From an uncultured delta proteobacterium (lineage in GTDB: Bacteria > Myxococcota_A > Polyangia > Polyangiales > Polyangiaceae): DNA of 64,000 bases. The stretch lies in NCBI GenBank assembly GCA_963806225.1, contig CAWDXG010000004.1:2304001-2368000 (forward strand). The letters run 5' to 3'. The translations under genes were made by a program, and so were the position numbers. Numbering within the stretch: the first letter of the stretch is position 1; each line of letters opens with the position of its first letter. Positions 56,537-64,000 of this stretch are shown here, piece after piece. The notes below the pieces were generated by a model. The model was not told the origin of the DNA. It did not search any database and saw only the letters and a list, made by a program, of their open reading frames with translations.

Positions 56537-58663
56537 ATGACGTTGCTGGTTTCGCGCAGCTTCCGCCGCGTGGGGCGGAGCGCACTCGAGTGGGGAGCGC
56601 CGACGACCGCCGGTGGCGTGCTGCTCGGTCTCGTGTCGCTGCTTGTGGACAGCGCACTGCGGCACGTCTGGGGCGCCTCTCCCCTGCAGCATGTGGAGGT
56701 GTCGCTGTGGCTCGTGTCCGCCTTCGGCGGGGGGATGGGGATGTTGCTCTGGACCGGGGTCGCGCTGGAGACACGCCTGGCGCGGCGCGTGCCGCGTGGA
56801 TTGCGCCGGGCTCGCCCGCTCCTGTATGCCTGTGTCGTCGGGCTCCTGACATACGAGACCGCGGAGTGGCTGTTTTCGGGCGAACGCGTAGGGCGCACTG
56901 TGCTGGCACGAGTCGGGCCGCCGGCTCTGGTCGGCGCGATGATGCTGGGCGCGGCGCTCGTCTTCATCTGCTATCGCCGTGCGTACAGGGCATCCGCGGA
57001 CCGGCTGGGTCCTGCATTGTGGGTGAGCGCCTGCTCGGTCCTTGTCGCCGCACTGCTTACCGCCGTGGACCTCGGCGTGCTGGTCTCGCTCTACGATCGA
57101 CTGCACACGCTGCTCCAGGCCATGGCATGGGCGCTTCTGCTTCCGGTTGCCACTTTCTGGCTGGCCCGCGCCGCGAGGGCTTCGAGGAGCGTGCTGCATG
57201 CGGTGCGTGGATGCGCGGCGTTCGGCGTGATGGCTGTGACGAGCTTGTTCGCGTCACATGCGCTCCGGGCAAGTGCGGAGAATGCGCTCTCCCATACCTG
57301 GCGGGAACAGCTTCTCGTCGGGCGCGCGCAGCGGTGGCTGTCGCGGCTTGACTTGTGGCTCGAGAACCCCTGGCTCGAGCATCGACGCAATCTCGATAGC
57401 CGGGCCCTGCGGGTCGCGCGGCTGCTCGACCGCTACGGCATCACCACGCCAAGCCTGGCGCCCAGCTGGACGACAGCGGCACACATCCCGGAAGCGCGCG
57501 CTTCTCGAGCCGATACGCTGCGCCGGTCGGCCTTCCCGCCGGGTGCGGGCAGACCCGATGTCGTGGTCTTCTTCGTCGACACGCTGCGCGCCGACGTGGC
57601 GTCCGACGCCCGGCTGATGCCCCGGCTCGCTCGATTCCGGAAGTCGGCGCTGGACTTCAAGCGCGCCTACGCTTCAGGCACCGACACGGCGACCTCCCTG
57701 CCGGGCCTGTTCGGTGGTGCCTACGTGCCTGGAGACGCGAACACGTCGTTGCAGGCCGCAGCGCTCGAGGGAAAGTACAGCTCCACACTGATCATCCCGC
57801 GCTCGGCTCGGGAGTACCTGGCCAAGCGTCGCCCGGGGTTCCACTTCTCGCGAACGGAAGAGGTTCGCGACTACGATGCCGGACAGCATGTGTGGGGCTA
57901 TGGTGCGACCGAGCCGTCCTCGTCCAGAGTGGTAGACCGCGCGATAGCGCGGCTCGGGGCGAAGGGTGAGCGGCCGCAGTTGCTGTGGGTCTACGTCTAC
58001 GACGTGCATGACTGGCGCGAGCTGGACGACAGGTTCGTCGAGTCTGCGGCACGCCGCGCCGGGGTCGCCGAACGCGGAGACCGCAGCTGGCGCTATCGGG
58101 CGGTGGCGGCGGAGGTCGACGTGCAGTTCGGGCGGTTGCTCGACGCAATAGACCAGCTGGGTCGACGGCGACGAACGATCGTTCTGTTCGTGGCGGATCA
58201 CGGCGAGGCACTCGGACAGAACGGCTTCTGGGTTCACACCTACTATCTCTGGGAGTCGCTTTTGAGGGTTCCGCTCGTACTGCGCGTTCCGGGCATCGAG
58301 CCGCGGGTCGTTGATAGCTTCGTCTCCCTGGCCGACATTCCTCCTACGCTCGCGCCCTTCATGCGTCGGCACGCTCGTCCCGGCTGGCAGGGCGAGGATC
58401 TACTCCTGCGAGTGGTGGCTCCGGGGGCGACACGCACCCGACCGATCCTGTTTACCTCATCGGCGGGGGGGCACCCCGCACAGATCGGGCTTCTCGATAT
58501 CGAGCATCGCGGCAAGCTGGTGCTGCACATCGGTGCGCCCCGTCCGGAATACTATTCGCTGGACGCGGCCGACCCGGACGCGCGCGACCTGGCACCCGGG
58601 CTTCCAGTGCGCACTGCCTCGCTACTGCAGAGTCTGGTGCATGCACCGAACTTCCCGCGCTAG
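56537..58663 (+). CDS. Sulfatase-like / LTA-synthase-type membrane enzyme
   Basis: N-terminal TM helices; VDTLRAD, YVYDVH, ADHGE, RVPLVLRVP, SLADIPPT. Confidence 0.8.
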   Translation: MTLLVSRSFRRVGRSALEWGAPTTAGGVLLGLVSLLVDSALRHVWGASPLQHVEVSLWLVSAFGGGMGMLLWTGVALETRLARRVPRGLRRARPLLYACVVGLLTYETAEWLFSGERVGRTVLARVGPPALVGAMMLGAALVFICYRRAYRASADRLGPALWVSACSVLVAALLTAVDLGVLVSLYDRLHTLLQAMAWALLLPVATFWLARAARASRSVLHAVRGCAAFGVMAVTSLFASHALRASAENALSHTWREQLLVGRAQRWLSRLDLWLENPWLEHRRNLDSRALRVARLLDRYGITTPSLAPSWTTAAHIPEARASRADTLRRSAFPPGAGRPDVVVFFVDTLRADVASDARLMPRLARFRKSALDFKRAYASGTDTATSLPGLFGGAYVPGDANTSLQAAALEGKYSSTLIIPRSAREYLAKRRPGFHFSRTEEVRDYDAGQHVWGYGATEPSSSRVVDRAIARLGAKGERPQLLWVYVYDVHDWRELDDRFVESAARRAGVAERGDRSWRYRAVAAEVDVQFGRLLDAIDQLGRRRRTIVLFVADHGEALGQNGFWVHTYYLWESLLRVPLVLRVPGIEPRVVDSFVSLADIPPTLAPFMRRHARPGWQGEDLLLRVVAPGATRTRPILFTSSAGGHPAQIGLLDIEHRGKLVLHIGAPRPEYYSLDAADPDARDLAPGLPVRTASLLQSLVHAPNFPR

Positions 58664-58680
58664 CTCGGAGCCGTTGGCGA

Positions 58681-60066
58681 GTGTTGCAGCCGACGGGTGG
58701 TCACGCTAGGATTGTATCTTCTTGCTTCTGCGTCGATGGGAGGCGCGTCTTGTCGGGGGCCTTGCGGAAACTCTTTGGCTCTGGCGCCGTCGTACTCGGC
58801 GTCACGGCGGCTTGCGGCGCGCGCACGGGGCTGCATGCCCATGGCGGCTCGCTCCAGTGCGTGGCGCTCGACGCGCAGGCAGAGCACTCGCGCCTCGTCG
58901 TGTTCGTCATGCTCGACACGTCGGGCTCGATGACGTTCGAGACTGCGGACGGCGAGAGCAAGGCAAAAGCCGTCAGCGACGCGCTCTCGGAGTTCTTCAG
59001 GGATTCGGCGTCCGCCGGCATCGGCGTGGGCGAGGCGTTCTTCCCGATCCACCGGCTGGACATACCCGACCGCTGCCGATCCGACGCCGATTGCGGGGGC
59101 GTGACCGACGCGTGCAGCCTCAGCGGCGGGCTCTGCATCCCGAGCCAGGAGACGACCTGCGTGACGGACGCGGACTGCCAGGGCACGAGCGACCCCACCG
59201 ACAAGTGCTACCAGGTCGGCGTCTGCGCGGATGATCTGCAGACGCTCTGCGCGCTCGATTCATCGACTACGAAGATCTGTCACGCGGGCGCGGCCTGCGT
59301 GGAACTCGGGAACTGCCTCGACTGGGCCTCCTGCAACGCCGACGACTACGCCAAGCTCGTCGTGGACGTCGGAACGCTGCCAGCGGCGCGTGGCCAGCTG
59401 CTACTGGGTCTCGAGACGCGCGTTCCCAAAGGCACCACGCCCACGCTGCCGGCGCTCCAGGGTGCGCTCTCGACCGGCGGTGCCTGGCAGGACGCCCATC
59501 CCAGCGACAAGGCCATCGTCCTGTTCGCGACCGACGGACTGCCGACCACCTGCAACCCGGGGAGCCCGCCGGCGTTTCCAGAGGGCTCACAGGGTATTTT
59601 GAACGTGGTGAACGCCGCGAAGAAGGGCGTCGCGGGCGGCGTCCAGACGTTCGTGGTCGGCGTGTTCGCGCCGGACGAAGAGCACAAGGCCCAAGCGGCG
59701 CTCGACCGCATCGCCCAGGGGGGCGGGACGAAGCAGGCCTTCATCGCCACTACCGACAGCCACGTCTCCGCCGAGCTCATCGCCGCGTTCGACGACATAC
59801 GCCGCCGCGCGGGCGCTTGCGAGTACTCCATCCCCTGGCCGAAACCCGGCGGGATCGATCCGTCGACACTGACGGTAGCCGCCGGCGGCGCTCCCGTCCC
59901 TCGCGTCGCGTCGGCGACGGCCTGCGACTCTACGGGCGGCTTCTACTTCGACCGGGCGCCCGCGCCGGGCGCCCCGCCGCACCGCGTGATCCTGTGTCCC
60001 GCGACGTGCGGCGCCAACCCACCCTCGACGCTCCACATGGAAGGCAGCTGCCGTGCGGTACCTTGA
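58681..60066 (+). CDS. VWA-domain Cys-rich lipoprotein (true start probably slightly downstream)
   Basis: MIDAS DTSGS, TPTLPAL, ATDGLP; Cys-rich insert; ILCPATC. Confidence 0.8.
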   Translation: MLQPTGGHARIVSSCFCVDGRRVLSGALRKLFGSGAVVLGVTAACGARTGLHAHGGSLQCVALDAQAEHSRLVVFVMLDTSGSMTFETADGESKAKAVSDALSEFFRDSASAGIGVGEAFFPIHRLDIPDRCRSDADCGGVTDACSLSGGLCIPSQETTCVTDADCQGTSDPTDKCYQVGVCADDLQTLCALDSSTTKICHAGAACVELGNCLDWASCNADDYAKLVVDVGTLPAARGQLLLGLETRVPKGTTPTLPALQGALSTGGAWQDAHPSDKAIVLFATDGLPTTCNPGSPPAFPEGSQGILNVVNAAKKGVAGGVQTFVVGVFAPDEEHKAQAALDRIAQGGGTKQAFIATTDSHVSAELIAAFDDIRRRAGACEYSIPWPKPGGIDPSTLTVAAGGAPVPRVASATACDSTGGFYFDRAPAPGAPPHRVILCPATCGANPPSTLHMEGSCRAVP

Positions 60067-61162
60067 GCTCTGGGCCGCGCTGCTCGCCCTCGCCGGCGCG
60101 GCGCTCGCCGGGTGCGGCCAGCCGAGGGGCTGCATCGGGGGCTGCGGCGCAGCAGCGCCGGACGCTGGAAGCGAGGCCGAGGCCGGTCTTCCGCTTCCGC
60201 CCGCCTGTCCCGTGCATCGCATGTGCCCACACGTGATCGATGTCCACCAGACATCGGCGGTGTCCCTCGGCGACGAGAACCGCGGCACCGTCTACCTCGG
60301 CAACGCCGTCTACACGCCGGTCGGGCCGGCGGTGTCGTGGGTGTCCATGCCGCTGCACGCGGGCGACCCTCGCCACGCCGGCGTGGCCCTGCTGTCCCAG
60401 GGCAAGGTAGCCGGTTTCGTCGAAAACGTGCCGGCGGATGCGTACCCGGAAGCCCCTCCGCTATTCCAACGCGACAACGAGCTCGATCTCGTCGTGCCTT
60501 CGACCAGCTACGACCACGTGGTCCGGGTCCCGCTGGACACATTCGTGCCCAGCGATCCTGTGCCCGTTCCCATCTCCGGAATGGAGCACGATCCGCCGGC
60601 GGTGCTGGGGATCGGCCAGACCCTGGCCGCTATCGTGAAGCCCTCGTATCACCTCGTGTTCGTCGATTCGACGCTGAGCCAGCGTTTGCTCGACAAGCCG
60701 ATCCTCTCGGGCGATACGCTCACAGCGACCTGCAACGGGTTCTTGGCGGTCAATACCGGAACAGGGCGGGCCCAGCCCTTCGACACGTTGGGCAACGCGG
60801 TCGGACCCGCGGTCACATGGGGGGGAGGCCCCGTCCACAATCCGGTGTGGGACGGCGCTTCCGTGGTGGTCGGCCAGGGGGACAAGATTGTCGAGCTCGC
60901 CAGCAACGGCAGCGTCAGGAGCACGACTCCGACAGGCGCGACCGTAGCAGTCGGCACGGACGACGGGCTGCTCGCCACGATGGTGATTTCCGGTCCGTTC
61001 GTCCTGCGCACGCTCGAGCGGGGCACGGGAACCGTGCTCGACCAGCAGGACTACTTCCCCGGCGAGGTGGCGGTGGCCGGCGACCACGCCGTGTACTTCG
61101 CCGAGTCGAGCGGCTACGCCGGAACCAGTATCCTCTGGGCGTGGGTCCAGTGCGGGGAATAG
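60053..61162 (+). CDS. Hypothetical beta-rich lipoprotein
   Basis: Lipobox LAGC; overlaps the upstream stop. Confidence 0.65.
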   Translation: MRYLELWAALLALAGAALAGCGQPRGCIGGCGAAAPDAGSEAEAGLPLPPACPVHRMCPHVIDVHQTSAVSLGDENRGTVYLGNAVYTPVGPAVSWVSMPLHAGDPRHAGVALLSQGKVAGFVENVPADAYPEAPPLFQRDNELDLVVPSTSYDHVVRVPLDTFVPSDPVPVPISGMEHDPPAVLGIGQTLAAIVKPSYHLVFVDSTLSQRLLDKPILSGDTLTATCNGFLAVNTGTGRAQPFDTLGNAVGPAVTWGGGPVHNPVWDGASVVVGQGDKIVELASNGSVRSTTPTGATVAVGTDDGLLATMVISGPFVLRTLERGTGTVLDQQDYFPGEVAVAGDHAVYFAESSGYAGTSILWAWVQCGE

Positions 61163-61239
61163 TCGCGGGCCGTCGCGAGAACGAGGTCGGCCGATGGGAG
61201 CGTGCGCTCCGGCCGCGACTGTGGGAGGACGGTCGGGCA

Positions 61240-61611
61240 ATGAGCGACGACATCGAGGAGCCGACCGCCGAGCAGCTCCGCGAGCTCGGCGCGGCGCTCA
61301 CCCAGCTCGAGAGCGAGCTGGAGAGTGCGCTCGCGCTGGCCCGCGACAGCAGCAAGCCCGTCGAGCTCGACCAGGCCGCCGTCGGCCGCATCTCGCGCAC
61401 CGACGCCCTCCAGCAACAGCAGATGGCGCTCGCCACCGTGCGCAACGCCGAGCGGCGCCTCGCGCAGGTCAAGCGCGCGCTCGCCGCGCACGCCTCGGGC
61501 GACTACGGCGCCTGCCTCGAGTGCGGCGAGCCCATCGCCTACCGCCGACTGCGCTCCCGACCCGAAACGGCCCTCTGCCTGCAATGCCAGAGCGCGCGCG
61601 AAGGACGCTAA
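61240..61611 (+). CDS. TraR/DksA C4-type zinc finger protein
   Basis: PVELDQAAVGRISRTDALQQQ; YGACLECGEPIAYRRL...PETALCLQCQ. Confidence 0.9.
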   Translation: MSDDIEEPTAEQLRELGAALTQLESELESALALARDSSKPVELDQAAVGRISRTDALQQQQMALATVRNAERRLAQVKRALAAHASGDYGACLECGEPIAYRRLRSRPETALCLQCQSAREGR

Positions 61612-61718
61612 TCCCGCACGAAGTGCAGCTCCACGCCTCGCAGCTTCCGCGTTTGCGGGACCCCCGCCAAAGGCCAGCTTCCACGCGGCTCCGAACGCGC
61701 GTATCGTGGACAGCAGCC

Positions 61719-62312
61719 ATGGCTCGCTGGGCGCTCGTTCTGGTACCGGTTCTCGTGTTCGCGGGCTGCGCGAAGCAGGCGCCGATCGGCTACGACCCGG
61801 TGTCGCCCGACGAGCCCACGCGGGCCGAGGCTCCGCCGACCGGCGGCGCTGTCGTCGACTTCGGCGCCAAGGTCGCAGACGTGCGCGCGAAGTGCGCTGC
61901 CGAGCGAGGCGCCTTTTCGCAGTCGGGCAAGGTCAGCACGTGCGTCACGCCCCACGCCGCGCTCGGCGCGGCGTTGATCACGCTGGTGGAGTATTGCGGT
62001 GGCGCTGCGTGCCGCATCCACACCGTGCTCATGCTCGAGCATGCGGACGCGACCAGCTGGCTCGTGCCGTTCGCCCATCTGCGCGGCCAGTTGCTGGAGA
62101 AGTTCGGCGACCCCGACCAGAACGACACACAGTTCCCAGCCGATTGCCAGCAGGACTTCGCCGGTTGCGTGAAGAGCGGCGCGGCGTCGGCGCTGCTGCA
62201 ATGGCGCTGGGACGACGGCCACGCCGTGATGCTGCGCATCGGGCCGATCCGGCGGATCCCGGCTGCCATCAGCGTGTCGTATTCCGACGCACACGGAGCG
62301 CTGAAGCACTGA
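61719..62312 (+). CDS. Hypothetical lipoprotein
   Basis: Lipobox FAGC; LLEKFGDP. Confidence 0.7.
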   Translation: MARWALVLVPVLVFAGCAKQAPIGYDPVSPDEPTRAEAPPTGGAVVDFGAKVADVRAKCAAERGAFSQSGKVSTCVTPHAALGAALITLVEYCGGAACRIHTVLMLEHADATSWLVPFAHLRGQLLEKFGDPDQNDTQFPADCQQDFAGCVKSGAASALLQWRWDDGHAVMLRIGPIRRIPAAISVSYSDAHGALKH

Positions 62313-62413
62313 CATGAGATCGGCCCGCGCTACGCGTCCGTGTGCAACGCAGTGCACGGCGTAGCTCGCTGTCGATGGCGGCCTACGAGTCGACTGGCAC
62401 AAGCGAGCCCTGC

Positions 62414-62650
62414 TCAGCCGCGCCGCGCGTACACGCGCGTGAAGTCGACGAGGTCGCTACCGAGCGCTGGATACACCAGCGGTCCGGTGCGGCGTTCGCG
62501 CCACTCGGCCCAGTCGTCGCCGAACAACTCCGAGGGATGCGGCGTGCGCTCCGCACCGAGGCCACACGCCCGGTCCCCCGCCCGGCAGTGGCGCTCACAC
62601 CCCCAGCACACGCGCTCGGGATGCGCTGGACGTACGGGCGCCGCGCTCAT
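62414..62650 (-). CDS. DUF3079 domain protein (start 62650 or 62692)
   Basis: PAHPERVCWGCERHC...ACG...RTPHPSELFGDDW. Confidence 0.8.
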   Translation of the reverse strand: MSAAPVRPAHPERVCWGCERHCRAGDRACGLGAERTPHPSELFGDDWAEWRERRTGPLVYPALGSDLVDFTRVYARRG

Positions 62651-62775
62651 GCCAAGGTCCATGCGGCGCACGCGGAGCCGCGTCGATGACATGGATCAGC
62701 TGGCGCGGCGCGCAAGGACTGCCGGCTCGCTCTCGAACAGCAAAGCGAAGCCGATAGCGCGGCCGCAACGCCCCT

Positions 62776-63441
62776 TCAGGGTTCGACGCAGTGGAGTCGC
62801 CTCACGCTGGCAGACCAGTAGCCACCGGCGCAACGGTCTCCATTGCACTGGCCGCTGCAGCAGTCCTCGCTGCTCCGACATGCCCCGCCCTTGGCGAGGC
62901 AGCCGCAGAACGCGCGCTTGGCGCCGCAGTGCACGTCGTTCGGCCACTTCATGCGGGCGCATTGGCAGGGCTCCGCGTCGAGAGGCCAGCTGGGACACGC
63001 GCCACCGCTCTGATAGCTCGCCTCGCTGAAGCAGCGCTCGAGTAGCGGGGCGCCGAAGCGGCGGGCCATCCACGCGCGCGCTTGGACTTCGCCATACGCA
63101 TCCTTCCGCGCCAGCCGGGTGCGCGCTCGTTCGGCTGCTTCGCAGGCGGACAACGTCACGCTCTTGAATTCCAGGAACATGACCGTGCCGAGCGCCGCTG
63201 CCAGCGCGGCGCCCGACACCAAGCCGACGAGCTGACGCTGGGCACGCGAGCGGTCCGCGGATGTACCGCGTCTGTCTGCGACATACACGGCGTGGAGAAC
63301 GAACCCCAGCATGACCAGCCCCGCGCCGAGCGCGTAGTACATCCCGAGCACCGCCAACACGACGAGCGGAATGACCAACCCGATGGCCGCCGAACGCAGT
63401 AGCGGGCGGGGTTTCCCGCGTTCTTCTTCCCCTCTCGCCAT
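62776..63441 (-). CDS. Hypothetical membrane protein with Cys-knot-like C-terminus
   Basis: Three TM helices; CLAKGGACRSSEDCCSGQC. Confidence 0.65.
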   Translation of the reverse strand: MARGEEERGKPRPLLRSAAIGLVIPLVVLAVLGMYYALGAGLVMLGFVLHAVYVADRRGTSADRSRAQRQLVGLVSGAALAAALGTVMFLEFKSVTLSACEAAERARTRLARKDAYGEVQARAWMARRFGAPLLERCFSEASYQSGGACPSWPLDAEPCQCARMKWPNDVHCGAKRAFCGCLAKGGACRSSEDCCSGQCNGDRCAGGYWSASVRRLHCVEP

Positions 63442-63477
63442 GGCCTGGCGCCACTCTAGTCGGGCGTCCGCGGAATT

Positions 63478-63650
63478 CCACGTACAGGAACTTCTTGTCC
63501 GGGGAGAAGGCGATGCCGTTCGGTCGCGACAGGTTCTTGTCGAGTAGCTGCAGCGAGCTTTGATACCAGCGGAAGACGCCGTTGAAGCCGAGCTTCTTGG
63601 CCGGGTCGTCGTCCTGCAGGGAGGCCCCCCTCCTCGCCAGCAAGCTCATC
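63478..63650 (-). pseudogene. Internal remnant of an SMP-30/gluconolactonase family gene
   Basis: QDDDPAKKLGFNGVFR...LSRPNGIAFSPDKKFLYV with no matching N- or C-terminal parts. Confidence 0.6.
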
Positions 63651-63856
63651 CGGCCTTGGGCGCCCCCACGCCGCCCCCAAGCGCCGCGGCGGGCGTGGCC
63701 TTCGCGAGCGCAAGCGGCCCCCGAGGCGGAGCCACCGCGGCTCGCGCGCGTCACGAAACTGCGCCGCGTGCGGAGCCGAGGTTGGCCGCGAGCACTCGAA
63801 GGCCGCGCACGACGCGGAGCGCGCCGTGCAGCGGGAACGTGCAGGACGTGCAGCGC

Positions 63857-64000
63857 CTACGGCACGTACCCGTCGCGCAGCCAGTCGCCGCGACCCGTGC
63901 CCCAGAGCACACAATTGTCCGTCGCGCCCGGCAGATCCCAGATCTGGACCCCGCCCTTGCCACCGCCCAGCGTGTCCTTGAGCGAAATCACCAGTTCGAG
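63857..64000 (-). CDS. 3' end of an FG-GAP/VCBS-type protein entering from the right edge (1-nt frameshift near 63901)
   Basis: LELVISLKDTLGGGKGGVQIWDLPG...NCVLW then GTGRGDWLRDGYVP-stop in the adjacent frame. Confidence 0.5.
   Translation of the reverse strand, partial: LELVISLKDTLGGGKGGVQIWDLPGATDNCVLWGTGRGDWLRDGYVP

Noticed and set aside
26872..58663. FGE-family protein as maturase for the sulfatase-like gene
   Set aside because: The genes are about 29 kb apart and the sulfatase-like protein has no CxPxR/SxPxR motif
35106..61611. GreA-like and DksA-like genes as one system with the EF-Tu-like ORF
   Set aside because: They are 10-16 kb away, unlinked and belong to common stand-alone families

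Overview
Very GC-rich DNA with a myxobacterial look, probably Polyangiales-like. This is inferred from the many Cys-rich lipoproteins with GGxGG/DAG linkers, the sigma54 machinery and a Myxococcus-type EPS operon. The left 14 kb holds a Wzy-type exopolysaccharide operon (co-polymerase, acyltransferase, polymerase, GT2, GH44, PilZ). Next to it is a sigma54-linked island: a hypothetical gene, a Dps-like protein with a degenerate ferroxidase site, a second PilZ, a GH44 lacking its nucleophile and an enhancer-binding protein with a pseudo-receiver. An IS4-family element with an 11-bp target duplication interrupts this island. The rest mixes metabolic genes (pfkA, aminotransferase with a kinase-like partner, AGMO-like desaturase, TetR-GST-MBL cluster, glutamate-cysteine ligase/CBS, APC permease), many secreted repeat proteins, a heavily frameshifted alpha-2-macroglobulin and several gene remnants. 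The most unusual items are: (1) a minimal, degenerate EF-Tu G-domain fused to a zinc ribbon, downstream of a zinc-ribbon/TM/Cys-repeat receptor-like gene carrying the same ribbon type; (2) the pseudo-enzyme-rich sigma54/PilZ/GH44 module; (3) a ~180-nt rod-shaped candidate ncRNA behind a sigma54 promoter; (4) a highly symmetric six-repeat beta-propeller lipoprotein. No rRNA, tRNA or CRISPR array was seen. All family calls come from motif recognition by eye, not database searches. Some frameshifts may be sequencing errors.
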